Below, piece by piece: positions 22,946 through 36,100 of a stretch of DNA of 64,000 nucleotides. This DNA comes from Amoebophrya sp. A120. Lineage: Eukaryota; Protista; Dinoflagellata. The stretch's first letter is position 1; the number at the start of each line of letters is the position of its first letter. The position numbers and the translations under genes were made by a program. The notes under the pieces were generated by a model, which was not told the origin of the DNA, ran no database searches, and saw nothing but the letters and a program-made list of their open reading frames with translations. The stretch covers positions 696,422 to 760,421 of the forward strand of contig CAJINV010000002.1 in the NCBI GenBank assembly GCA_905178155.1, written 5' to 3'.

Positions 22946-25763
22946 CTACATCCTCGGAATCGGTCTCTGGTTCAGGAACAATTCGAGCAATTTCAAATTT
23001 TCATTGTTCGTCCAATTGTCCCTGTTCAGCATCCCGTTATTTCCTCTTAAGATCACCGCTTCGGCAAGTAAATACAGCTCCTCGTTGTAGCACTTCACAA
23101 AAGTGTCCTCCTCCACCACCGTTTTGAAGTGTCTCGTCGGATCAATCACCAGCGTCATGAACACCTTGTCCTGGTAACTACTCAAAATGACTTGCGGCTG
23201 TATGTTGTAGAAGTAGACGAAAATCCCCTTCACCTTGATCCCGTCCGCGACTACCAAGGAGCGAAACGCGGGGTTATCTTTCGTGGAATCGGTTTGCGGG
23301 AATAACGTTGTAGTTGATGGGTTTATTGTTGTGCCGCTTCCACCAGTCGTCTTCACGGGCACCACATATCCGGGCACGTTGGAGAAAACCAGCCCGTGTC
23401 GTAGAAAAATGTCCCCGACCTGCTGGGCGGTTTGCTTCGCGGGCAAAAGTCGGCTGGTCACTTGAGTCAGGAAAAGGGAGACGAAGCCAACCAGGCTGGT
23501 TTTAAACTGATTCATGATTTTCTGCGTGAAAAAAACGCGGTTGACCGCTTTGGTGGGTTCAGGTCGTGATAGGGAGGTTGATGCAGATGTGGCCGTGTCT
23601 TGGATAATGGGCAAAGTGTCAGCAGCAGCTGTTCTTGCGCCGCCCGGAGACAAATTGCTAGAGGCTTCTGTCCGCGCTTCTGGATTCGTGATTTCGTGGA
23701 CTGCGAGCGGGGTACTGAGAAAGGTGAAGTTGTTCAGCAACTGGTCTTGTGGATCCTTCCTGTTCTTCACCGGTAAGGCGCAGGGGATCAACGCTTGAAA
23801 GGTGGCCTGACGATAAAGTTTTTCTTGTCATGCTGTGACAGATGATGGCGAAGCGTGCTGGCTTATATTTTAACATCTGTATCTATGAGTGTGGCTGCAT
23901 CACAAATTTTCTCAGGCTCTCCACAAACACATGATGGAACCATCAATTTATCATCAATACCTTTTCCCGCATTCCTCCCAGAAAATTCTCGTCCCGCTTG
24001 ACCTCCCCACAAAAACGCCCAATGGCGCCCGCAAAACAGCTCATCAAAACATCGTTCACCGTGACCTTCAACTCGGTTTTCAACGCTTTTACCACTTCGA
24101 AAGGAATCACCGGAAAAAACACCACCTTCCGCGGGCCGTATCTCATGTTCTCCACGAAGGAACTGTCTTTCCGGACCGGATAGAAGGAGGAAAACGTAGA
24201 TAGCGGTCGGATTGGCAAATACGCCGTCGCGGCAATGGAGCGGAATACGTCGAAGATGAGCCAGAAAACGAAGCCGATCAGCTTCAAAATCGGAAGGAAA
24301 ATCAAGTCGATGAGGAGGATGAAGCGGAAAAACCGGAAGCAGAAATTTTGCTTCGACGCAGCCTCCGTTTTACTATTATTTCTCCCGCCACCGCGACTGG
24401 ATTTGAACTTCGCTTCCGCGGCTTGCAAAATATCACACCTTTCGTTCAGGTCATTCTTGAAAAAATCCAAGATTTTCATGCCGTTCACCCCGTCAGTCAC
24501 GGCGTGGTGCATGCGGACGACTAAACAGGTGGTGCAGAATTTCCTATCCTTTGCGGGAGAAGATGATCGCTTTCCGTTTTGTTTCAGTCTGACCACATAC
24601 GCTTTCCACAGCGGTTTTGTCACATCTAAATCTTTATGCACTGCAAATGTGTCTGGCTTGTTATACGGCATAACAGCATGAGAAGTTTTTTGCGGCTTGT
24701 GCATATTCATTCATGAAACGCATGACAGAATCGCTTCCAGCACGAGAAAAATAAACGTGCTCATTCCTATGCATGCATTACCGATCATGTTGGCCTTCAA
24801 ACTTCGCATCACAAATCCAGACCCAGACATATTTGCAATGGATAATCTTCGTGGTCCAGTACGCTGGTGATTTTCTGCTCAATTGCCGGGTGCATCGTGT
24901 ACTCGCTTGGCACTACGGCAGGGTTGGTTGCACTAATACTACTAGTACTTTCCTCCACCTCGACAAACCGCATATGATAAGTCCAGTCCATACCACTTTT
25001 CCCCACCGCCAGTGTCTCCATCTTCCACTTCCCCGTTTCTACATCCGGCACCGTCCGCAGCCGCGCGTGTTTGCTCGCAACCGTTTCCCAAAAGAAATCT
25101 GCCATCGCTTCGGTCAAGAGCTTGTTGGTTTGTTGTGGTTCTTGCGAAGATGCAGGAGTTCTTGTACCGTACTTCGCCACTACATCCTCCTCATCCAACA
25201 AAAATACCGCATTGGGGGTAATCGCGTATTTCGGGTAATTCAATTCCGCTGGGTATTGCTCGTTCCGCAGCATACCTAGTTCCACTGGCGACATGGGGGA
25301 AAGTCTCAATACCGAAGCTCCTTGCGCACCCCCGGTTCTTCGTGCGGTAGTCGCGGAGGATGAGGACCCCGCTTGGATCTCTATCGGTACGCCCCTGCTG
25401 GTGATTCTGGAGCTTTCGTCCGCAACCAGAGGCTCGGCCATGGTGGCGAGCTCTACCATCTCGTATTCTTGGGCGTCTTCTTTGGAGGATCCTGCAGTGC
25501 TATGCATTGCAAAAGCGTAATTTCGTACTCGTACGTAATTGCAGTGATGCATGGCAAATCCTCTATCTTAGGTATAAATCAACATCACAAATTTCATTTT
25601 TCTTCTTGGCAAAACTTGTCATGCAGTTTGTAGCTAGTATCCGATGCTTTTGCAATGCATAAGCGCCATCTGCGAGCGAAGTGTTGTTCATGGCGCTGTT
25701 GGCTCGGCGGCGGGGTTGTAACAGGTCTTGATCGCCGGAATTTTTCATCGAGGAAGAGAACAT
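22946..25763 (-). CDS. Wax ester synthase / acyl-CoA:diacylglycerol acyltransferase (WS/DGAT, WSD1-like)
   Basis: Catalytic HHxxxDG motif (RMHHAVTDG) plus LDVTKPLWK, VTVNDVLMSCFAGAI and FSNVPG; three introns (25501-25661, 24635-24844, GT-AG 23807-23960) splice in frame. Confidence 0.85.
24635..24844. mobile_element. Introner family A
   Basis: TIRs; DR atctt. Confidence 0.88.
25501..25661. mobile_element. Introner family B
   Basis: TIRs; DR agtgc/agcgc. Confidence 0.88.
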
Positions 25764-26008
25764 GGCCGCGGAGATCTTGAAGTAGAATTAGACTCGTGCG
25801 CTTTCAATTACCCGGCGCAGCGAGTAGTGTATAAATCGTCTGTCGTATTGACAACAACTCACAATCTGAATTTAATCAAATTGCTGCGATTTCCTAGAAC
25901 ATATGTGGTAGCGGTAGGCGTAGGGGTGTATAATCATCTTGGAATGGAGCTGGACAGGGACATCCTCTAACTAATTTTCAACACACTTGTGGAAACCATA
26001 AACTTCTC

Positions 26009-26600
26009 TCATCTTCGGATATTTTCTTGATCCAGTTCTTTCGCCAGCCGACGAAACTCTCGTCGCACGGTGGGAGTGTCAGTACTTTGTAGATCATGAG
26101 CTTTTCAACTCATCGTCGGCCACTCACCCGCTTCCGCTCAAAAAAATATGTTGGCTCTCTCAAAAGATGCTTGCAATTTGCTGTAATTTCTTCCATCTCG
26201 TCCTGGGACTGGTTCCTTCTCTAGAGTCTCTACTTACATGACCCCCAGGGAGCAGGACACGAACTGCTCTCGCTCTCGGCAGAGATGATCTTTAGATAGT
26301 GCAACTCGTCGGCATCTTCGTAGTAGAAATTCACTCTGGCCCCGTGCAGAATTCTCGATGCGCTGCAAATCATCCATACGTAAGACTGGTGCTGCGCATT
26401 ACTTAATTCTTTTTCTTGTTGCACCTAAAACGCCCCGCAAAAAAAAATCCTCTCACTTGTATTCGAAAACAGATTTCGCTCAGCTGGGCTTCATCTGAGT
26501 TTTTCCGTACTGAAGATGAAGAAGAACACATCTTCGGGGCTACACTGCCATCCAGCAGTGAGGTACTATCATCCTCACAGCTGCTACGAAGTTTTTGCAT
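26009..26600 (-). CDS. Small hypothetical spliced gene
   Basis: ORF pieces joined by apparent GT-AG introns (..FRIQ|gtgag..tag|VQQEKELSNAQ..; last exon ..RREFRRLAKELDQENIRR*); no homology recognised. Confidence 0.3.
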
Positions 26601-27123
26601 CCCGATGAAGGAAAAATGCGTGTTTCGTAGCAGAGGATCATCTGTTTTTAGTGGTACTATACAGTTTCATTTTACAAAGCGAAACGATCCGTTTTGTCTT
26701 TGTACAACTTGCTTTATTTTGGGTTCATTCGGCGTTTTTTAGGTGTACAAATACATAGTGAAACGCAACGCTATTGATCTCCACAAAAGTTACAGTCTGC
26801 ATTGAGAGAGCGGCTCATGCTATCGAAAGTCAGCAAAGCTTCTCTAGGTCAGGTTGAGTTGTTAAATTCTAAAATCGAAATTGGCTGGTATGCGATACTT
26901 ACAATGCTGGGTACCATATTACATTTAGCGCCACTGCCCGCTTTTTGCTCTTGGTCATACTCTCTGAATTCTGTATTCCTAAGTGTAAATAAAAGTCAAG
27001 TAAATGCTAGATGATATTCGCTAATTTTCCTTTTGCTTCTTCGAAAAGTCATGCGGTGATACTGTAGTAGTCTTTGTCTTTTAATATTCCGTAATTGAAA
27101 AAATGCAGTAGAAGTTGAAGTCA

Positions 27124-30100
27124 TCATACATTGGCATAGTGGGAATTGGTGCTCTCCGGCACTTCTTCCCCCGAGTCAGAATCTTCTGAGTCGTAGGCCC
27201 ACTCTTTTCCCTTCTTGACGAAAGATGAACCTTTCGCATTCGTAGACTTCATCGGGTTTCTTGTTGTACTTGAGCAGTTCATTTGCTGTTGCTTTTTCCT
27301 CTTGCTGAGGCCCGACATGTTGTTTGTGTTGCTCTCAGAAGTTTCCTCCTCGTAGGTGGATTCGTCATAGGGTTCGTCGTAGCTGCTTCCTGGTGGTATG
27401 ATCACACGACCACTGTACCGGCGGCCTTTACTCCTCGTCCGTTTCCTACTCGTCGCAGTTGTTCTAGTACCGTGATGAAATAAACGATGATCTTCTGCCC
27501 GCTCTCCTACTTGAATCGGTTTCTTCCGCCTGCGAAAGTAGATGAAGCCCAGGACGAGAACTGTTGTTAACAGGCAAATCATGGTCACGAAGTTGTAGTA
27601 GAGTTCCTCTGCTGGTGCTGCACTGAGGTTGGTCGTAGCAGTACTTCTGCTGTTCATCTCATCTCCACTATCCAGCCGACCCTTGTCATTTCTCCCGTGC
27701 CGGCCATTCTTCATCTTCTTCCCACGAGCGTTATCCCGTCCGAACCAGTTAGCCAGATCGGACGTAGAGATCTTGAAACGCGATGACCTCCTGCGGAAGG
27801 CGGATTTATTTCGCCGCGAGCTGACCCGCGTGTCGTTGCCGTCATCTTCCACATCGTGATGTTGAACTACTGCAAGTGGGCCGCGGGTCTCTTGTAGTTT
27901 CTGATGCTGGTTTATTTCGTGGCCGCTTTTTTTGTTCTTCACCCTGGTCGCCGTCGTGGTCCCCGCATGTTGATCTTCTTTCATCTCAGCCGGTACCGTT
28001 TTTCTTTTAGACGCTGCTTTGCTCCTGCTCTCCTGCTGCGCTCCCTTGTTCGTCCTCGCCGCCCCGCGAAGAGATGTTTTACGCCGTTCCTGCTGCCTCT
28101 GCGTGGTGATCATCTGCTTCGGGCGGTGCTCTTGGTCGTGCACCTGATCATCTCCTTCTTCCAGAGACTTGTTCTCGTCCCGTTCTCCATCGTGGTCCTT
28201 ATCTTCGAGTGTGTAAAACATGATGGGTTCGTCCACCAACTCGACAGTGCTGCTCGCCGCCGCAGAAGACGAAGAGGAGCTAGAGGATTTTGATGACGCC
28301 GCACCACGACTACTTCTTTGCTTGCTCGTCAGTTTGGCTCTACTGCGCGCAACATCCTCGATATCCAACAAGGAAAGAAGTGTTACAGTTACACATTTGT
28401 TGGAGTTTCTGCATCACAAATTTTCTCTTTGTGACACTAATGCAAAGATCATAAGACAACGAAAATACGTAGGAAAGCATTTCTTGCATGACAAAGGTGG
28501 TCTGTCTTGCGGCTCCTGCAACACAGTGTGTAACTGTATCACTTTTTTCTTGCCATACTCGACCTTCGTTCTCACTTTCATCCCGGTCTGCTTCTCCCAC
28601 ACTTCGCGGGAGTAGGTCCTGTAGTATGAGAGTGCACAACTCCCCCTCCCCGTCATTTGTCATGCAAAACACCAAATCCACCCTTTGCCCCTTGGCACCT
28701 TTTGCATGACAGGTTCTGGTAGATCAAACAGCACTATAATCCTGGTTAAATTTGTCATGGAAATAAACCCGCATTCTTGTCGACGCTTGTATTGCTGCTC
28801 ATGCAATACCGATGAGGGGAGGGGGATTTGTGCAGTTTCATATGTAGGTGGTGCTCTGCATCACGTAGTCCAAGTCGTCTGGCGCGTCAGACTATGGATT
28901 GCAAAAATGTCTGGGTCTGGAAGAGTGAATGTTTGTCATGCTTGTCTGGCATGACTCTTACATCTGTCATGCACGTTACCCAAGGGCCACATTTGTCTGT
29001 CATGCAGAAACAAACGCAGTTTGTCATGCAGAATAGGCAATACCTAGAAGCTCAGAAACTTGTCATGCTGGGCCAGCACTTGTGGCCTCCTCATGATACG
29101 CCAGCCAGCATCACAAGTTTCCAGACCCAGACATTTTTACAATCCATACAGACTCTGTCGTCAAACTCGGCTTCGCAGCTGTCCATGCCCGCGGCGGCTT
29201 TTCGACGATTTTCGTAAACTCATCCGATTTCGCTTTTCGCTTCATTTTATGCACTGCAAAAACGTCCGGGTCTGGCAGGATGAAACTTGTCATATGTCAT
29301 GCTGTCTTTGGAATCTAGAAAAATCTGTATTGCGTAAGCAGCACGATGAGACCAGTTTTTGCTACGTGGACGATGGGCGCATTTGTCATGCGGTGTAGGC
29401 ATCAGGAACAAGCCCTCACGAAATATGTGATGCTAGCGCATACATCACAGACATCGTGGATCATGCAAAATGTGCACGACAAGTCCTCCAATCTTCCAGA
29501 CCCAGACACATTTCCATTTGATACATTTCCTGCCGTATTTCCGTGGTGAGGTCGTTGCGCTTGCCTGCTTTTTTGTCTTTTTCCGCCTGCTCCAGCCGCT
29601 TTTTTAACTTGTACTGCATTTGCTTGCTCAGCCTTTGTCGAATTTCCTCCTCCTTCTGATACTGTTTGATTTCTGCCATGACCTTCTGCCGCAGTTCCTC
29701 CCGCTCTTCCGCTTCGCGCTTGTCCTTTTTTCGCTGCTGTTCCGCTTCCTGCGCCTTCTTTGCCCGCTCCCGCGCCTTCTTCGCGGCTTTCAAAGCAGCT
29801 TGCTTTTCCTTCTCCGCCCGGCGAATTTCCTTTTCTTTTTCCTTCTCCCGCTTCTGCCGCTGATTTTCTTTTTCTCGCGCCTGTTCCTTGTATCCTGTGC
29901 AAAAGCATCTTCGCAGTGTTACTTCTACTCGCACTCATGCAAGATAAATCTTCTTCTCAAACAAGCTAAAGCAGCATGACAAACTTCATTTGTCATGCTG
30001 AGCTAATTTGTATTGCAATAACCAGAAAGAACAAGTTGCACGATGCTTTTGCACAGGCTACCTCCTGCTCCGCTGCGAGTCGCGCTTGTTCTTCCATGCG

Positions 30101-33100
30101 TTGTGCCCGCGCTACTTCTATCAAATGCAAAAATCCCTGGACGTCAGGAAGAGTGTAGACTTGTCATGCAGATTTTCCATGACCCATGAGGTCTGGAATG
30201 CGGGACTTAGCATGACAGACATTCTGTGAGATCCCTATCATGCCGATTCTGCATGAGAAACTCTGTTCCAACTTGGTCAAAAGCGGACAGCTTTTGGCAC
30301 TCAGGCAACACAGATTTTTGCGTGCTTCAGATTTACCATGACAAGTTGCAATCTTCCAGACATCCAGGGATATTCGCAATGCATAACTTCGGCCGCGTTC
30401 ACCTCCGGGGCGGTTTCTTCTTCGTCTACCCTGAGTAAAAATGTCCCCACACCAGAGTCAAGAAGGGAAATCCGCTAGACAAATCAGTCACAGCTGGTTG
30501 CATCGCATGACAAGTTTATCCTCGTAGTGTAACCCCGTTTAGCTAGTTTCGAAGCATCACAGATGTAGCACATCATGCTGATTCTAGCATCACAAATTGA
30601 ACACAACAAGATTAGAAAACGGTCCTCATGGGGCTCCGCATGAGAAACTTTTTTGGCATGCAGATTTGCACGACAACTCTGGGGTGGGGACATTTTTACT
30701 CAGGATATCGTCTTCTTGTGGTTCCAGCTCCTGTGCCGGCGGTTGGGGTTGCAGACCCTCGTCTTGCTCGGGTTCTTCTTCTTCTGCCTCTGACGCCTCT
30801 TCCTTTTCCGCAGGGGCGGGCGGCTCTTCGTCTTCTTTTGGTTCTGCCTCGTCGGCGGGGGCTCCGCCAGCGGCGGCTTCCTCGGGTTCTTGTTCTTCTG
30901 CGGACTCCTCGCCTTCGCCCGCCTCCTCGGCAGCTGGTGCACCCTGCTCTGCTTTGCTTGCTTCCGCATGCTCCTCTTCTGGTTGTTCGCCCTGCTCCTG
31001 TATGCAACAAGGAGCGGACAGCACCATGCAACGTCCGCATGACAAATCCACGGCACTCGCACTCGGACCTACTTCGCACTATTCTCATTGCTACCTCCTG
31101 AATCAATGAATTGTCACATGCAAATACTGCTACATCAAGAACAAGACAGAGATCATACTTACTATGCCGCACCACCGTGCGTCCGAAGTGAGGTGACTAA
31201 GTTGGAGCAGCTACACGGGAACTACCCGTCCACTACCATATCTTCTTCGGCATCTTCGTCGTGTTGACCCTCCTTGCCCTCGGGTGCAGCTTCCTCCTCA
31301 GCTTCTTTGCCCTCGGCCCCTGTGGTTTCTTCGTCACCTTTGCCGCCTTCTGCACTGCCCTCCTCGACGGCCTCGCCTCCCCCTGCCTCGGCCTGCTCAC
31401 GGTCGTCTTCCGCTTGTTTCTCTGCAGATGTTGTAGCCTCCTCTATGCAAGAAAAAAACTGTGTAAGTGTAAGTTTCTTGGAGGAATAGCATCACAAGTT
31501 TGCTCTGCATCGCACAGAAAACCTGTCATGCGTAGCTAGTACTTGAAAACACGTACGAAAATGGCCTCTGCTCCATAACCAGCATGACAAGTGTATACAG
31601 TTTTGCATTTTCTGCATCACAAAGTTACACATAGACAGTTTTTTTGTTGGATATCCTCTTCCTTCTCTTCACTACCCTCGGGACTGGTCTCCTGCTGTTC
31701 TGTTGCTGGCTTCTCGCCCTCCTTTATGCATTGCAAATATGTCTGGGTCTGGAAGAATGCGTACTTGTGATGCATGTTGCGAATCATACAAAAATCTGTG
31801 TTGCGTGACTTGCAAACGGTGCTCATTTCTGGTCATGCTGAGAGGGCATTTCTCATGCAGAACAGGCATCACGACAAAGAGGCTGCGCGTCCTGTGATGC
31901 TGGGCCCTGCGTCCCAGACTTGGCTGAGCTTGGAAAAACTGCATGACAAATCTCAGAATCTTCCAGACCCAGACACATTTGCGTTTCATATCCTTCTCAG
32001 TGGTCTCGGGGCTGGTCTCCTGCTGTTCTGTTGCTGGTTTCTCGTCCTCCCTCTCAGTGGTCTCGGGGCTAGCCTCCTGGTCTGCTTTATGCATTGCAAA
32101 TATGTCTGGGTCTGGAAAGGTTGAGCCTGTATATATTGCGTGTATCGCCTTCCTAGAAAATCTGTATTGCACAAAGCACCAAAAGCAGCACCACATTTTC
32201 GTCATGCAAAATCGCAGTCTGTAATGCGTGCTGCGCATGAGAAAGCGCTTGAAAAATTGTCATGCTGCCCTGCGCTTCAAGGCGCGCCCAAACTTGACCA
32301 TTCAGCATTACAAGTTTCCAGACCCAGACATATTTGCATTTGATATGCTTGCTTTTTACCTGATTCGCCCTCACCTTCCTTCTTCTGGTCCTTCTTTTTT
32401 CCGCCCCTTGTTGCCGCTGCTTATGGGTTTTTTCCACAACTCCCCCTCCCCCTCATTTAGATGGCATCCACAGCAACACAAGCTCTGGCAGAGATGCAGC
32501 TTGTGCATGACACACTGACATCAACCAAAAATTCTACGTGCTCTTTCAGCATCCGGATCTGCCATGCAAGTAGTGCTAAGAGGCTGCGGCCAACGGGTAG
32601 TAGACTTGGTATTTTGCCTGGAAAAAGAGGGGCGCGGGGGTTCTTGTACTTTCACTCCCATACGAGTCCAGCGGCGCCAACAAGCGCGGCAGCTCCCGCC
32701 GCTGCGCCTATTTCCCTTTTGTGGGCTTGCAGCTCTTCCAGGATACCTCCTCCATCCTCGCTTGCTATCAGTTTGTCTACGCTGTCCAACGCTTTTGTCT
32801 TTTCGTCGCCTCCGAGGTCGTTTGTCAGCACGATATCAGAAGGACAGAAAGCGCCGCCCCCAGTAGCAGTACTACCCCACAACCTGGTCGTGCGCCAAGC
32901 GTTTTCCCCACAATCTGAGATAGAACAAGGCGTTCAGTTTCTTAAGCGGATACAAACTTCATGCATCACAAGCAACTTCTCCTTGAGCTTCGTAAGCCAA
33001 CTTCCGGTGGAGGTGCGCGCTCTTCCTTTTGATATGCGATGTCTGCTTGCTATTGAAGCGAAAAACTCCCCCTCCCCATATCGAAAAGGCATGTTTCCGA

Positions 33101-36100
33101 AGATTTGTGTTGCTGATTTGAGGTCACAAATCACGTTTGTCTTGCAAGACGACAAGGGCAAAAGCTTCGCCCCCATTATGGAAGCGATTTGCCATGCTGC
33201 TGGGCCTAAAGGGCAGCCGTTTGCCATGCTGAGCAACTAGATCGATACGCCCCTACATAGCCTGGGGATCTGACTGCAATGCCTTCCTGCAATACACAAC
33301 GATTTGTGTACTCAAATACAGCAACACAAATTTCGTTTTTGATATGGGGAGGGGGGATTTTTCCTTTTGATACTTGCGAAATCTTCCCATCATGATCCGT
33401 GTCGAGCTGTCGATGTCGTTCGTAATTTTCTCATTTGTACTTCTTCCGTTGCTCATTGTGTAGGTAGTTTCTGCATGACAAACACAAATACCAATGGTAC
33501 GTCTGCATGACAAATAATTTCACGAGAAAGCTACACTTTAAACTAGCACGACTACCTTTCCCAGTGTGTCCTCCTGGTCGGCCGGAATCTCGACTTCGTG
33601 CGTATGCATTGCAAAAGTATCGCGCTCGTAGTAATTCTTGCAATCACGCACTACAAATCTTTTTCTTAAGGTCTAAAAATTATATTTCTCATGCTAAGGA
33701 AATTCAAATTTGTAATGCATTTATACGAGTACGATACTTTAACTTTTGCAATGCATACTGCGTTGCATGGTCCAATTCGTCCTGGGTGAGTACCCCGTCT
33801 TTGTCCCCGTATGCATTGCAAATGTGTCTGAGTCTGGGTCGTCCTTTGGGAGATTGAAGATTGCAAAACTATCACGCTTGTGTTTGTCATGGATGGGAGT
33901 GCCCGAAAAGCTTTGCACCCCTGTCCGAAGCCAAAACGAGCTTCGTCATTCGGGATACGAAAGGCGTGGCCCTTTAAAGGCTTCTCGACGTCAAGCATAT
34001 TTGGCTGTACTTGTACTACCCGTAATTATTGCAGGAGCGTGCTCGTCGCTCGCTCGCTCATCCTTCGCGAGCCTGCATCACAACTCTCGAACAGACTACA
34101 GACAAATTTGCATTTGCTACCCCGAGTTCTTCACCCACTTCGTTGAACTGTTCCTCCGTCAGGGGCTCTTCTATATGCACTGAAAAAGTATCGCACTTAG
34201 TATGTTTTGCTTACAAATTTTAGTTTTCCCAAGGAAAAAAATGTTGCAATTTGTCATGCTATTTCAGGTAGAAAGTGGGATTTGTCATGCATGTCTGCAA
34301 TTAGTACGAGTACGATACTTTTGCACTGGATATTCTGGTGCTGGGGGCGATTCGAGGGCATCCGGAATGGCTTCCTCCAGTTCTCTTGCCCGCTCGGCGT
34401 CGATCGGGCCCTTGTCATCATCTTCCGCTGCCGCTACTTCTATGGGGTTCTCAAGCGTTACATTCTCAACTGTTACATGATTTGTCATGCGAAATGACCA
34501 TGACCCGCCAGACGATCAAGCTGCTTCGCATGACAAATTCCCGGAGGGCTAAATAGCACTGTCATCCGCACCAAACCTGTAATGCAAGACGCGCAAGGTT
34601 CTGCCTCTCACCTGTGCTAGTCTTGCATTACAAATTCATGCAACAGTTGAGAATGTAACGTTTGAGAACGCCATAACTTCAGCCTCCGAGATGGAACCGT
34701 CGCCGTCGGCATCGAGGAGCTTGACTTGCTCGTGGGAGAGTTTTATCCTGTGCAAAAATATCGTATTCGTTGTAATTGCATTATTCATTACAAATTTCTT
34801 TCTCGAGGTGAATCAGCATTACAAATTCAATTTCTAATGCTGGGCTAATTTGTGTACGATGGTGCTTTTGCATTGCATAAGTTCTTGGTCAATGACCAAA
34901 AATGCTGTTTTAGCGGAAGATTCCTGCGCCGCGTCCACGTCTTCTGGCGCCAGTTTTCCTTCGTGGTCTTCGGCTGGGTATAAATTGCAAGAGCAGTAGC
35001 GTAGTACTAGTAGCATAAATTGCACGACAAATTTGATTGCTTGAAATTGCATGCTGAATTTGTAATGCTGGTTTATCTATAAAAGCATATACATTTGTCA
35101 TGCGTGATTGCAATTCATTAGTACGCGCACCGTTACTTGTATTGCGCAGCATACTAGGGCGTTGAATTGTTCCTCCGACACGGGGTGGTCGTCGGCATCG
35201 TGCCTATGCAAGAAAAAAACTGCGTAAATGTAAATCTGTGATGCAGAAATTGCAAAACAGTTACACTTGTCATGCTGGAAGTGCGTCATAGCCGTGTTTC
35301 ATACGTGTTTTCACATACTAGATGCGCATGACAGCTTTTTTCTGTAATGCGAAGCGAATTTGTGATGCTGCTCTTCCTACAAAGATACACTTACACAGTT
35401 TTTTTCCTGGATAATGCCCGGGCTGTGTGTATTTTTGTAAACAAAATGTAGTAGTTCTACTTTCATCTCATCTTCACTTCGATCTTCCACACCATCTTTC
35501 TGGAACGAATGTATGCCAAAATACTTCGTTCTCCCACGTTTCCTTGTAGTGTTCGTAGTCTCCTTCCTCCCCGTATGAAACTGGACAACTTTCCTCCTCC
35601 CCGTTGTCTGTCATGCAAAAACAAAAGGCAAGGCTAATCCTTATCTGCTGGGCCTGGTTTGTTCCCTAGCCATGTTCGCATGACCACACGTTCCGCGAAA
35701 ATGCATCGAGCTTCAACTACGCTACAGTCTGGGCGGCGCGGATCTTTTTTTTCTAATACAGAGGCTACTTCTGTAAATTTCTGTAGAAGAGCATGATCAT
35801 GCGCAGCATCTTTACGGTGGGGGGGATAGGACGGGGAGTACTAGAAGCTCTTGTCCACTTGCGTATCGCGAGCGCTTCCTTCTGTTCATTGTACTCGTTC
35901 ACGTCTACGTCGTGTTCCTTTTCAGCTTTCTTTTGATACTCCTCGTAGGTGACCGGGGCCTCGGTGGTCGTGGTCGTCGCTTCTTCTGCTTCTTCTGCTT
36001 CTTCTTCCTCTTTTCCCTCCTTCTCGGCGGCTTCCTCCTGCTCGGCCTTTGCATCCTCGCCTTCCTCTGGATTGCCGTCCTGGCCAGCAGTGCGTTCTTC

